A stretch of 63,103 nucleotides of DNA, the filler included, from Octopus bimaculoides (taxonomy: Eukaryota): assembly GCF_001194135.2 (NCBI RefSeq). It is 6 parts of 5 records of this genome, joined end to end, with 100 filler letters (N's around TTAATTAATTAA, not from the genome) between each part and the next. Parts side by side here need not be neighbours in the genome. Positions count along the whole stretch, not along the records: positions 1 to 14,737 come from NC_068989.1; positions 14,838 to 26,249 come from NC_068981.1; 4 more parts are not named here. One strand, given 5' to 3'. This document shows, piece by piece, positions 11,766-24,818 of the stretch. Numbering within the stretch: position 1 is the first letter of the stretch; every line of letters starts with the position of its first letter. The notes under the pieces were generated by a model, which was not told the origin of the DNA, made no database searches, and was given only the letters and a program-made list of their open reading frames with translations. A program made the position numbers and the translations under genes.

Positions 11766-12099
11766 GTTCCGGGTTCAGTCCCACTGCGTGGCACCTTGGG
11801 CAAGTGTCTTCTACTATAGCCTCGGGCCGACCAAAGTCTTGTGAGTGGATTTGGTAGATGGAAACTGAAAGAAGCCCGTTGTATATATGTATATATATAT
11901 ATGTATATGTGTGTGTGTTTGTGTGTCTGTGTTTGTCCCCCTAGCATTGCTTGACAACCGATGCTGGTGTGTTTATGTCCCCGTCACTTAGCGGTTTGGC
12001 AAAAGAGACCGATAGAATAAGTACTAGGCTTACAAAGAATAAGTCCCGGGGTCGATTTCCTCGACTAAAAGCGGTGCTCCAGCATGGCTGCAGTCAAAT
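11766..12099 (+). mobile_element. SINE family B copy (runs into gap)
   Basis: Matches 47169-47597. Further partial + copies lie near 12608-12810, 13460-13760, 18945-19315, 31290-31460, 31870-32110 and 33095-33240. Confidence 0.8.
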
Positions 12100-12817
12100 N
12101 NNNNNNNNNNNNNNNNNNNNNNNNNNNNNNNNNNNNNNNNNNNNNNNNNNNNNNNNNNNNNNNNNNNNNNNNNNNNNNNNNNNNNNNNNNNNNNNNNNNN
12201 NNNNNNNNNNNNNNNNNNNNNNNNNNNNNNNNNNNNNNNNNNNNNNNNNNNNNNNNNNNNNNNNNNNNNNNNNNNNNNNNNNNNNNNNNNNNNNNNNNNN
12301 NNNNNNNNNNNNNNNNNNNNNNNNNNNNNNNNNNNNNNNNNNNNNNNNNNNNNNNNNNNNNNNNNNNNNNNNNNNNNNNNNNNNNNNNNNNNNNNNNNNN
12401 NNNNNNNNNNNNNNNNNNNNNNNNNNNNNNNNNNNNNNNNNNNNNNNNNNNNNNNNNNNNNNNNNNNNNNNNNNNNNNNNNNNNNNNNNNNNNNNNNNNN
12501 NNNNNNNNNNNNNNNNNNNNNNNNNNNNNNNNNNNNNNNNNNNNNNNNNNNNNNNNNNNNNNNNNNNNNNNNNNNNNNNNNNNNNNNNNNNNNNNNNNNN
12601 NNNNNNNTGTGTGTGTGTTTGTGTCTTTGTCCCCCACCACTCTTCGACAACTGGCGTTGACATGTTTATGTTCTCATAACTTAGCGGTTTGGCAAAAGAC
12701 TAATAAAATAAGTACCTAGCTTAAAATACAAAGAAATAAGTACAGGCATCAATTTGTTTGACTAAAATTCTTCAAGGGCATGCTCTAGCATGGTTGCAGT
12801 CTAAAAGATATACATAC

Positions 12818-12861
<44 letters not shown>

Positions 12862-14781
12862 CTGCCAACCATATATTTCAGTCTTTTAAATCTCCTGTAT
12901 TCAGTGGAATAGTGGTTAAAAGTATTGTTACTCTCATTTCAAAAAGAAAGCTTCCAAGTTTGAATCCAGTCTGGAATGGTGTACATTATCTAATAATTAG
13001 ATACCTAATGATTATAAGAGATCAAATTGGTTGACACTTGGTGGCGGAATGAGATGAATGGGCATGGCTGTTTAGATAGTGATGATGTGGCACAGCTGAT
13101 GGGTATCGAACCTGTTTTGGTGTCAGCACTTTTTGGCACTGAAACACACACACTCAGAAATATACACATACAGATAATTAGAGAGAGAGTTAGAGAGCAA
13201 GACATTACAATTTAGTTGTTGAATCCAATTGACATAAACTCCTTCCCTCTTCTCATATACATACAGAGCTATATACTCACACAACTAAACAGTAAAAGAG
13301 AGACAAACAGTATAACAAAAGAAATATAAAAAATGCCAGATGTCAAATAAATCACCGTCGAATAAGCAATGCCAAATAGATGATGTCAAAGTGGCGGTGT
13401 TGAAATGTTTCAATCCTACTTAATGTAGATGTAAATATTGAAATAATTTTCATGTGTCTGCTACTGTAGCCTCAGGCTAACCAAAGCCTTGTGAGTGGAT
13501 TTGGTAGATGGAAACTGAAAGAAGCCCGTTGTATATGTATATATGTGTGTCTTTGTGTCTGTGTTTCCCCCCCCCCCCTGCTTGACAACTGGTATTGATG
13601 TGTTCATGCCCTTGTAACTTAGCGGTTCGGCAAAACAGACCAATAGAATAAGTACCAGGCTTTAAAAAAAAAAATACTGGGGTTGATTCATTTGACTAAA
13701 TATTCAAGGTGCTGCCCCAGCATGGCCACACTCTGACTGAAACAGGTCAAAGAATAAAATTATGCAAATAGGAAGTTAATAGTCCCCCAAATTATAATGT
13801 CACTTAAACCTTTAGCATTCACATTATTTTGAATTAATTATGATTTCTTGATTTAATTGTTTATTTTTAAAATGACATTGTAGGGTAGGTGTGAGAGGCT
13901 ATATCAGGCAGTTTCAACATTAAGCAGTTAGAATACGTAGACCAGATATTCGCAGCTTAAATTCTAAAGGATTAGATATGTTTCTACTTTTATAATCGAC
14001 TAACAGAGACCACTATGATAACTGCGGTAGTAATTCTGTTTTCTATTTTATAAAATAAAAAATAAAAAATGTGATTTTTATATGAAATAGTTCTTTTTTA
14101 TATATATCTATGTTACAAGTTGTGATCCTAACCACAAGCGGTAAAAACATTACAAAGCTTTTATATCTTTTTTTCCTTAACTAGCAATTGCCATGTTGCT
14201 ATTATTTATCTTATTAAAAGGCCTGTTGGATAGATTGCCAAATTATCTCCCTTCAATTTTTTTAAATCACGGCTTACTTAACTAACATTAACTGACATTT
14301 ACTACAATATATGACTTATTTTTAATGTAACTTCATAAGAATGATGCATGCATACACACACATGCTCATGTACATACACGAATTCCCATATATGCATACA
14401 TATACAGTGCATATATATATATATATATAGATATAGATATATATGTATATGTATATATATGTATATATATATATATATATATATAAATTTATATGTTAGA
14501 ATCCATGAGTCAGAAAAAATATGCACTTGTACATTTGTCAGTAGAGTGGTTATGTTAATCAGAATATACAGTATTATAGCTTCATTCGAATTGATCCTAC
14601 CATTTGGTTTTGCACTGTGAATAAAAACTGGATATTAGATAACAACACAGTTAAGTAATACTACGAGCTCATCAGAGATGGCAGGTAAGAGCAAAAAAAA
14701 AAAAGAAAAAATAGCGCAGTCACCATATTCTTTTTTTNNNNNNNNNNNNNNNNNNNNNNNNNNNNNNNNNNNNNNNNNNNN

Positions 14782-14793
14782 TTAATTAATTAA
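14782..14793. other. Artificial scaffolding spacer TTAATTAATTAA in a 100-bp gap
   Basis: 44 N + TTAATTAATTAA + 44 N. The identical structure recurs at 26294-26305, 41026-41037, 48819-48830 and 56656-56667. The 12-mer has stops in all six frames. Confidence 0.95.
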
Positions 14794-14837
14794 NNNNNNN
14801 NNNNNNNNNNNNNNNNNNNNNNNNNNNNNNNNNNNNN

Positions 14838-15120
14838 ATGTTAAAAAAACAAAATAGAAACTACCTGTGGAAATGTAAGGGGAAAGTAAGCAGAAAAATA
14901 AGAGAAAATGCACATTGGAAATCAAAAAGAAGGTAAGGCTTTTTATGAAAAGTAATGATATATATATACAATTAGATGAACTGAGGTAGGAATAAAGGTA
15001 ATAAAAGTCATTATTGTGAGTTATTAAAGAGATTTACAAGCATACCGGTTTCGTAATAATACTAGTCATTGCTTTGAGTATACACCGAATTCTGAACGGT
15101 GTCAAGTCTATATATATATA
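14838..15120 (+). repeat. About 280-bp segment duplicated at 18398-18680
   Basis: I count five substitutions between the two copies. This copy begins exactly at a contig edge. Confidence 0.85.
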
Positions 15121-17396
15121 TATATATATATTCCATACACAACGCCAGCTCAACGAGTTATCGGTCTGATAGAGATATTGATTCTGATTATCGTTTTCTG
15201 CTCCACCCGTCATCTTTTATTGTTATCCGTGTCATACATGTCTCTTTATCAAATATACAATCTGCAAAATACAGGTCAAATGTTCCTTGGTGCACCGTCT
15301 TTCACTCACTAGAACACTTCCTGCTTAGTTCCTATGAAGTGGAGTTGATTATTCCCCGGAAAAGAAAGAATTTAACACCTTTTCACAACTGCTGTAGTAA
15401 AATACGGCCTTGTAATTGATTCTATGAACCAATTATCCTATTTATCAATAATAGTTCCTTGTTTTAGTTTTTATATGATTATGAGCAGTATCTTTAAACT
15501 ATAATATAATGAATCATTAATAACAAGGGTGAAATTTATCAGATATAGATTAAGGATCTTTACCCTTTGGCCGGCAGATTTTAAAAGTAACTAAACACTT
15601 TCAAACTTCATAAAGGGTAAAGATCTAGGTATTGAAACCTAATGTCGAACTCTGATTTTTTAATGTAAATGCCGTTTAATTTTTGTTCTGTTATAAGGAT
15701 TATGTTTAAATTACGGATACGATATATATATATATATATTTTTTTTCAGTTTGTTTTGAAAGGGATTTTTTTAAAGATAGAGGTTTTAAATAAAATTAAA
15801 TATATTGACAAATGGACTAGAATCGATGAAGGGGGGAAATATCTATGTATCACATGAGATCGACGATATGGGAGGAGAATAAGAAACGAGAGAAGGAAAA
15901 GGTGTTGTGTGTGCAGAGAGGTAGAGTGAAACAAAGCTATGAAAAAATGAGAAAAGGAAGGATGAGAAAAAATTGCAAGAGGTTGATAATATAAAGGGTG
16001 GGAGAGAACAAAGAAAAAGAAAGAGAAATAAGAGAAAATATAAAAAGTAGAAAATGCGCGGTTGCTCTGCTTATTTTATCTTATTTAGATTTATTCGTTG
16101 CTGTAGAAGAGAATCTCAATTAAAGGGTAACAGATGAAATTGTGTGACAATCGTATTTTTATCGGGGAGGGGGGATATAAATGAACTGAAATGGCTTCAA
16201 ATTAGAATCAGTTTTTGTTCATAACACCAACTTAATTAATACCTCACTGGTCGTGGTGAGGTATTTAGTTAGTGTTAATTAAACCGCTTACTTTGGATCA
16301 TCATTAAAGCTTATGTCCTTTTTCACAGTCGACCTAAACACCACCCCTCACTGTCACCTGAAACCATTTTATGCCCTCACCTCCCCATCTCACATTTCAT
16401 CACCCTCCACAACCCTATTCTCTCAGAGTACAACGAACGTGAGCCTGGAAACGTTATGGTGTAAATCGTACTTGTTCTATCGATCTTAATCAGTCTTTTT
16501 AACAAGCAATGACTCAACGTAGAAATTTGTTAATAGTGATGTTTCATTCACATAGCTTTCTTCTTAACCCACTTGCAATTCATCATTGGTCTAGCAAACA
16601 CTTCTGCTTTACAGTTCACTGACGATAAAATTGATCATTATTCAACAAATTACGCCATAAAATATTTATTAATGGCTTCCAATTTTTCAGTGAGATAGAC
16701 AAAAACAATAAATTATATTTAATTATCTACCGGTATAATCTAATCACATACAAGTCAATGAAAGAATCTCTATGTAATCGAGCAACTAGAAGTAACAGCC
16801 AAAATCATCTCTCGAACCACCCTACAGCCTTCAGGAAAAGGAACAAGGCACTGGATAGTGTAGTCCTAAATACACTAATCCTGAAGAGACGTAAGGTCAC
16901 TGCTAGAATATCTTTAATCACAGATCCCTCGATTTGAGTTGTTCTGGAGATAAACAACAACTATCGTATACAATACTATCTTCGAGTATAAATATGCTGG
17001 ACAGTTGCCCAGAGGTTCCACACGACTAGAGGCTCAAAACTGATCTATGTATACCGTGGATTTGTAAGAGTCCCGGCACTGAGGCTGATGGTGTATATAA
17101 TTCCGTTAAAACAGTCTTCAGTACGTACTACCCAGAGTTAAAAATGAAGTTTGTGATTAAAATTTCACAGTACAGAAATGATAGTCTATAAAAACTTGAT
17201 CCTTATGACTGAAAGTAAACAATTCTGATGTGCTTAATTCTCTCAGGCCTCTTTTTGAAGTCTAATTTTCTACCAACCAGCTAAACAACGATACACATGG
17301 CAAATAAAAAGTCCAAATTTATTAGCTATGCACACTATATGTTAAGTTTATTCATTTCACACTAAATCTCAGTAAAATCTTTTTGTCACAACAGAT

Positions 17397-17809
17397 TACT
17401 CTTTTACTTGTTTCAGTCATTTGACTGCGGCCATGCTGGAGCACCGCCTTTAGTTGAGCAAATCAACCCCAGGACATATTCTTTGGAAGCCTAGTACTTA
17501 TTCTATCGGTCTCTTTTTGCCGAACCGCTAGATTACGGGGACGTAAACACCAGCATCGGTTGTCAAGCGATGTTGGGCGGACAAACACAAACACACAAAC
17601 ATATACACACACACACATATATATATATATACATATACATATATGCGACGGGCTTCTTTCAGTTTCTGTCTACCAAATCCACTCACAAGGCTTTGGTCAG
17701 CTCGAGGCTATAATAGAAGACACTTGCCCAAGGTGCCACGCAGTGGGACTGAACCCAGAACCATGTGGTTGGTAAGCAAGCTACTTATCACACAGCCACT
17801 CCTGCGCCT
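17397..17809 (-). mobile_element. SINE family B, full length
   Basis: The minus strand starts GGCGCAGGAGTGGCTGTG, followed by the CORE-like segment, a central (TA/TG)n and a GAAACAAGTAAAAGAGTA tail. Other minus copies lie near 782-950, 21640-21810, 26930-27293, 28720-28890, 32280-32645, 41570-41765, 41990-42410, 56715-56876 and 57180-57400. Confidence 0.85.
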
Positions 17810-18356
17810 ATTAACAATTTTTTAAATGTTATTCTCAGAATCTTATGGCCTTTACCAGGCCTGTAAGATTAATATGGCTGATATTCAATTTGAACATCTC
17901 TAGGTCAAAGGTATCTGTTAGAAAAGGTAGGTAAGTGGAGAATCCAAAAGAATTGATGTTCTTAGATGGATATATTAAAATGTTTTATTTAAGAACTAAT
18001 AGTAAGAGATAATATCGGTAATGGAAAGAAAATACAAGTGGTCAGGAGATGGTATGTGTTTGGTTGTGTTTCTTAACCATTTTTGTCTTATACCTACTTT
18101 GATTTACAATGGCTGCAAATCTCTGTACTCTGTTTTGTCTATCTCCTACTAACACTGTTCCACTGATGTTGATGAATTACATAACAGGAATACATCAGAC
18201 AACCCTAGGGTGGTCTTGATATGCAACTTGACATTCTTCCAGAAATTCCTGCAGCCAAATTGGTGCCAAAGATACTGCTCCACATTCCTGAAGACCACAC
18301 TGATGGAGCCAAAAGCAGACATGGACAAAGACCTGCATATATACATACATACAAAC

Positions 18357-18388
<32 letters not shown>

Positions 18389-19338
18389 AATAGAAATATG
18401 TTAAAAAAACAAAATAGAAACTATCCGTGGAAATGTAAGGGGAAAGTAAGCAGAAAAATAAGAGAAAATGCACATTGGAAATCAAAAAGAAGGTAAGGCT
18501 TTTTATGAAAAGTAACGATATCTATATACAGTTAGATGAACTGAGGTAGGAATAAAGGTAATAAAAGTCATTATTGTGAGTTATTAAAGAGATTTACAAG
18601 CATACCGGTTTCGTAATAATACTAGTCATTGCTTTGAGTATACACCGAATTCTGAACGGTGTCAAGTCTATATATATATATATGCATATATACGTAAATA
18701 TGTAAATTAAGCTATCTTTTACAGTGGTAGCCTAATTTACAACTGCTTTATATAGTAGCTGATTAGGGAAGGAAACTGGATATGTCTTATCTAAGAAATA
18801 GTTAATAAAGCATGAAACAATTCATCAGGTGACTCTCTTTAGTCTTTTTTCCACATATCTAAAGCATAGAATGAATGTGTTTACATTTTAATTTATCTCC
18901 CAACTTAGCTTTCAATTAAGTTAAATTTAAACATGCATATATATATGTGCAGTTGTGGCTATGTGGCAAGAAGCTTGCTTCCTAACCACATGGTTCAGTC
19001 TCACTGCATGGTACCTTGGGTCAACCAAAGCCTTTTGAGTGGGTTTGGTAGATAGTAAAATGAAAGAAATCCATCATATATATATGTGTGTGTGTCTTTG
19101 TGTCTGTGTTTGTCCTCCCCACCAACATTGTGGAAACCAGGGCTGGTGTGTTTACACCCCTGCAAGGTAGCAGTTCAGCAAATGACACCAACAGAGTAAG
19201 TGCCAGGTTTTTAAAAGAAAGCATAAGTACTGGGGTCAATAAGTTTGGCTTAAAAAATTTCAAAGGGGTACTCCAGCATGGCCATAGTAAAATGACTGAA
19301 ACAAGTAAAAGATAAAGGATATATACATGTATTCATAT

Positions 19339-19471
<133 letters not shown>

Positions 19472-22230
19472 CAGATAGATAGATAGAGACAGACATATAT
19501 ATATATACACACACGCACATATATATAGTGTATATATATTTATATAAACAGATATATAGACAAATAACTAGTTAGTTATATATATACACAAATCTTTTAT
19601 CTTTTACTTTTTTCAGTCTTTGGATTGTGGCCATGCTGAGGCAGTAAATATAAATACATAAGTGTACATATACATGCACATTCACATACGCACATAATTA
19701 CACACACTCACAGATAGAGTACACACATACACAATCTACACACACATGAACATAAACAGTACTAAACTTAGCTCAATACGTATAAGATGATTTTGCACTC
19801 ATAAATAGCAATGTAACCCATCCCCACTTCAACCCTTATACATGTATAAGCATTATTACATACAGACTCAAACTGTAAGATGTCAGGACAAGTGCAACAC
19901 CAATGCTATTTGTCAGTTCAACCACAAAAAATGTATACATAATATATAAATAATGAAACACTGCCAAATATTTCTGCAAGTATTTCTGATATTTACACTA
20001 CATGCACACGTTAACATACATACATTCATACCATTCAAACAAACACTCATGTATATATTCATACACACACATATACATCTACACATATGCAAATGTGACT
20101 ACTCTGCTGATGTCTAAATTTCAGCGAAAAAGCTTTGTTTCTAAGCTAAAAACCAGTGTTTTCTCCATTAGCAAGAAATGCGAAAAAATACAAATAAATA
20201 AGGGAGAGAGAGAAAGAGTAGAAGAAAAAACATACATACATGCATACATATATGTATGTGTGTATGTATGTATGTACGCATGCATGCATGCAAGTATACA
20301 TATTTCATGTGTGAAATCATATTTTAACTGCAAAATTATTTTGGGGTTTTAACATTTTATTAGGGTTTGTTTATTCATTCTCTGGAATAGAAGTAATGTC
20401 TAAAGGAAAACTTAGTCTGCCAGATAATCTTGTCTCTAAACAAGCAGACCATTCCAAAGTGATGATGCTTCAGTTATCTAATCCATCAAACACACACACA
20501 CACACACTGAGTCATTTGACACCCAAGCAAAATGTGGAGGTGGTGAGGGGAGTGCAACTGAATTGGAGAAGATGCTTGCATAACGATGGATGACAAAATT
20601 ATTGGAATTACTACATTCCAACATCTCTGTCACAGTTCCATTTTTCAACATATCTGTCCTTCTTGCATATATATCAATCTGCTTATCTCTCTTTCTACAC
20701 ACACATATATATCATATTATATTATATTATGAATGTATGCATGTACATAAGTGTGTTCATGCGAATGAGTGTCTGTTTGCCTATTTGTATCTCTCTCTAC
20801 ATGTGTGTATTTACACACACACACACAGTCACAGATGTGACTGTGTGGTTGAGAAGCTTGCTATCCAACTGTAAGCTCATGGGTCTAGTCCCAATTAACA
20901 GCATCATAGGTAATGCTATGTGTGTGTGGGGGAGGGGTAACCTTGCTAGTTATCAATGGTTATAAAATGAGCCTCACCATCATATGTATAAACAACGTTC
21001 TTCCTTTCCAGTCTTTCATGAAAAACATTTGTTGAAGCACATTTTCTATGGTTAGAGGCCCTTCCTGTTGCCAACCCTCCCCAGATTTCAAGCCAAGTAG
21101 TATTTCCAGTGGCCAGTCCTGCTTTGCACACAAGACTGAAAATGAACAAACAACATCACTTGTATGAAAGTGATGCACATTTACAACCGTGATGTCAAGA
21201 GAAGGGTACACATACACATATATACATACACACACACACACACATATATATATATCATCATCATCATCTAACGTCTGTCTTCCATGCTTGTATGGGTTGC
21301 ATGGTTTGACAGGAGCCAGCTAGAGAGTTGTCCAGGCTCCAATTGGATGTTTTGGCATAGTTTCTATGGCTAGATGGCCTTCCTAATGCCAGCCACTTTA
21401 CAGAGTATGCTGGGTTCTTTTTACATGCTACTAATACGGGTGCTTTTATATGGCACCAGCATGAGTGCATTTAATGTGGCACGAGTACAATTGCATTTAA
21501 TGCGGTACTGGCATGAGTGCATTTAATGTGGTACTTGCACAAATGCATTTTACATGGCACTGGCATGAGTGCATATTACGTGGCACTGGCACCTGTAAGA
21601 CAAAGGTCTCTCAGCTGGGAGAGAGGGTGGAAACATAGCCATTAGAATGGGTTTCTTTCAGTTTCCATACAACAAATCCAGTCACAACGTTTTAGTCAGA
21701 CTGAGGACTAATGTAGAACACACTTATCCAAGGTGCCATACAGTAGGCCTGAACATGAGACCACATGGTTGGAAAGCAAGCCTGTTAAAAACACAGCCAT
21801 GCCTGCAGATATCATTTTTAATTTAACTGACACAATTAAAAGTTATGTGTGTCTATATAACACATCACACACACACTAACAACTGTACTCAGTCTTGCCC
21901 AGATTTATTAATTACTAATATAAATACAATCACATCAATTCACTCTTTTTTGGATAAATTGCCTAATCCCTTTTGTTTACCATATTTCTGTTGAAATATA
22001 CAGCCTTTGTTTCAATTAATTCTAAAAATGATGACAAATTTAGTAAAATAACTTTGTCATTATTAATCTAATGTTTGAGACATAAATTAACATGAAACTT
22101 TTATGTGAGGTTTTCATTTAGACCTTTCGAAACAACACATTTGTACCATAGAACCAAAGGCAGTCTTAGGTATATTGATATCAAAAGGGTTTAAGACAAT
22201 GCTAACACTCTTCACTTCACCTGATCTTAC

Positions 22231-22283
22231 ATTCAGCAAAGTAGCTAATTCTAAAATCTCTATACGAGATGCAAGTAGTAACT
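22231..22283 (-). CDS. Orphan 53-nt exon candidate on the minus strand
   Basis: Minus-strand acceptor cattactttttcatag| and donor GAAT|gtaaga. Open frames are ELLLASRIEILELATLLN and VTTCISYRDFRISYFAE. No family is recognised. Confidence 0.3.
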
Positions 22284-22326
22284 CTATGAAAAAGTAATGG
22301 TTGATACCTCTTCAACATGGTTGCTT

Positions 22327-22628
22327 CATACAGAACACTGTTACTACTCTTTTTAACCCCAGGAGGACATCTCCTCCAGCTGGACACTATTTGTGTTTGT
22401 TATATTGCAAACAAGGGAGCGAACAACTCCCATCTAACACTTGACAGGAACCAATAGATCAGCTGGTTTCTCGGTATAACCTTTCATTGGTACTGGTTAT
22501 ACCTGTCTGCTAGACATGGCAGCTGTTAGTCCTGGCTTGCAATATAACAGACACAAATAGTGTGTCACTAACCAGCTGGAGGAGATGTCCCCCTGGGGTT
22601 AAAAAGAGTAGTAACAGTGTTCTGTATG
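22327..22628. mobile_element. MITE-like element with about 85-95-bp terminal inverted repeats
   Basis: CATACAGAACACTGTTACTACTCTTTTTAACCCCAGG.GGACATCTCCTCCAGCTGG...GACACTATTTGTGT.TGTTATATTGCAA is mirrored at about 22535-22628. Confidence 0.75.
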
Positions 22629-23132
22629 GAACAACTACATTGAAGTAACAATCATTACATTTATATGTGTGTGTGTGTTGGTGTGTGTGTGTGTGTGTGT
22701 GTGTGTGTCGCCACCCTGAATAAAATAGATCGATAGTAACATTTTCCTTTTATGGCAAAGTATGCACCTAAGTCAATAAAATTATGAAGGTTACTCTAAT
22801 TACTATGCATAAAATGCAAAGTATTTTATTTTTTTGTAGATTAAGTAAGCATAATTTGCCCCTGCCTTTCAATCTCAGCATTAAAGCTATGCATAGTACT
22901 GCTGTAGTACACATGCTATGTATATTCCTACAATGTTTCCTTTACGCACTATAAAGGCAGAAGTAAACATGCCTCCAACTCAGCCACTCACTTGTGTTTC
23001 ACTTATTTTTTAAGTGTGTTTTACTGCATAAACGTCACCAACTGCCTACCCTGAATAATTACTGATGACACATGCTTGATATATATATACACACACATAT
23101 ATACATATATAAATGCATATATATATGTATAT

Positions 23133-23590
23133 AATTTAAATAATCAGAAAATGAAGAAAACTTTTCATCAACAAACAAACATCGGTAGATTATTTTTTAA
23201 TACAAAACATGACATAACATTTCTTACAGTTATTTCTGCTTCCAATATAAGTCGGTGCTTACAAAAGAATTTTGAAAATAATATTTGTCATCTTCATAAC
23301 ACATTCGATCTAGTACATGGAGTTTCATGAGAGTGAATACATTGTACGCATATGTATTCACTCTCATGAAACTCCATGTACTAGATCGAATGTGTTATGA
23401 AGATGACAAATATTATATTCAAAATTCTTTTGTAAGCACCAACTAATATTGGAAACAAAAACGGCCGTAAGAAATGCTATGTCACAGAAATGTTAGGTCA
23501 TGTTTTTTATTAAAAAAATAATCTATCGATGTGGTCCAATTTGTTTGTTTGCTGATCAAAAATTTTCTCCATTTTCTGATTATTTAAATT
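23133..23590. repeat. About 460-bp palindrome with 9-nt loop
   Basis: The inner ~65 bp (about 23279-23342 vs 23352-23415) pair without a mismatch by my reading. The outer arms remain alignable, with substitutions and indels, out to AATTTAAATAATCAG / CTGATTATTTAAATT. Confidence 0.9.
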
Positions 23591-24155
23591 TGATTCCTGA
23601 TAAACTTTTGTTTATTCTGTTGTTACCTGTAACCTATGAGCATAGTGTGCCTGCATACCCATACCCAGGGATAGCACAGGTAATTGATAACGATAGAAAA
23701 TACGGATATTTTTATCCCTTGGTCAGTTACTACAACCACTAACTCTGCTTACCTTTTATATTTATATATATATATATATATATATNNNNNNNNNNNNNNN
23801 NNNNNNNNNNNNNNNNNNNNNNNNNNNNNNNNNNNNNNNNNNNNNNNNNNNNNNNNNNNNNNNNNNNNNNNNNNNNNNNNNNNNNNNNNNNNNNNNNNNN
23901 NNNNNNNNNNNNNNNNNNNNNNNNNNNNNNNNNNNNNNNNNNNNNNNNNNNNNNNNNNNNNNNNNNNNNNNNNNNNNNNNNNNNNNNNNNNNNNNNNNNN
24001 NNNNNNNNNNNNNNNNNNNNNNNNNNNNNNNNNNNNNNNNNNNNNNNNNNNNNNNNNNNNNNNNNNNNNNNNNNNNNNNNNNNNNNNNNNNNNNNNNNNN
24101 NNNNNNNNNNNNNNNNNNNNNNNNNNNNNNNNNNNNNNNNNNNNNNNNNNNNNNN

Positions 24156-24818
24156 ATTTCCAAGTTCAGTTCCTGTAAATTGAGTAGCATTCTTTGTGCA
24201 ACATGTGGTCAAGCAATGTCTTGCAAGAGAACTGGCCTGTCTCTATTGACCAATCTTGGTTGTTTAATTGCAAGTTCACTCATCATTTCATCCAATTGGT
24301 TGATGTATACATCTGCTGTAATTGACTTACCAGGTCTCATGAAGCTGTAGAGGATGACACCATCGCTGGACCACAAAACAGACACCATTAGCTATTTTGG
24401 TGAATATTCTCTTTTGGATTGTGTTTTGGCACTTCATCTCTATCCAACCATCATGCAGAATGCTTGCTATTGTTGAAAAGAAACCATTTTTCATCACACA
24501 TAACAATACAATGCAAAAATGCTTAGTGTTTATGCTGTGACAGCAAAGAACAGCAAGTTTCAAGACGACATGTCATTTGATGTTCATTCAGTTTGTGTGG
24601 TACCCACTTGTCCAGCTTCTTTACCATGCCGATTTGTTTCAGATGGTCCAATACAGTTGGAATCAAAACATCAAGCCTTACTGCTAACTCATGCATAGTT
24701 TGAGATGTATCCACTTCCACTACAGTTTTCAGCTCATCATTATCCACCTCGGTCTCAGGTCTACCACAGGGCTGATTTTCAAGAGTAAAGTCACCAGACC
24801 GGAACTTCTCAAACTTTC
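24156..24818 (-). pseudogene. Decayed mariner (Hsmar1/SETMAR-like) transposase fragment
   Basis: The minus strand translates FEKFRSGDFTLENQPCGRP...KKLDKWVPHKL...IVMCDEKW...GKSITADVY...RPVLLQDIA*PHVA. It has the WVPHEL-like motif and the first two catalytic Asp, broken by stops and frameshifts. Confidence 0.9.

Noticed and set aside
13016-13155. Possible minus-strand terminal exon after gtgtgtttcag|
   Set aside because: The acceptor is formed by a (TG)n tract, neither open frame resembles a known protein, and no supported upstream partner was found.
14302-14620. ORFs rich in YIYI, THTH, VCVC or RERE (also 19250-19518, 38217-38841, 49407-49743, 54310-54571)
   Set aside because: These are translations of (TA)n, (CA)n and (AG)n tracts with no coding signal.
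14782-14793. Recurrent TTAATTAATTAA palindrome (five copies)
   Set aside because: It is always centred in 44 N + 12 + 44 N, so it is an assembly spacer rather than biology.
16223-16276. Small hairpin containing TGAGGTA (let-7-like seed), and TGAGGTAGG near 14980 and 18540
   Set aside because: The seed is on the wrong arm, the rest does not match let-7, the loop is short and the stem irregular. The other two sites lack a hairpin.
18149-18334. Possible minus-strand terminal exon (VFVHVCFWLHQCGLQECGAVSLAPIWLQEFLEECQVAYQDHPRVV*)
   Set aside because: The acceptor lies in a microsatellite with no pyrimidine tract and no family is recognised. The + strand faintly resembles a decayed RLE-LINE tail (TAHILxxTL).
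23355-23400. CTCATGA...CGAAT hammerhead-like string in the 23.3-kb palindrome
   Set aside because: The core would need G5C and A-to-U changes and stem II does not pair convincingly.
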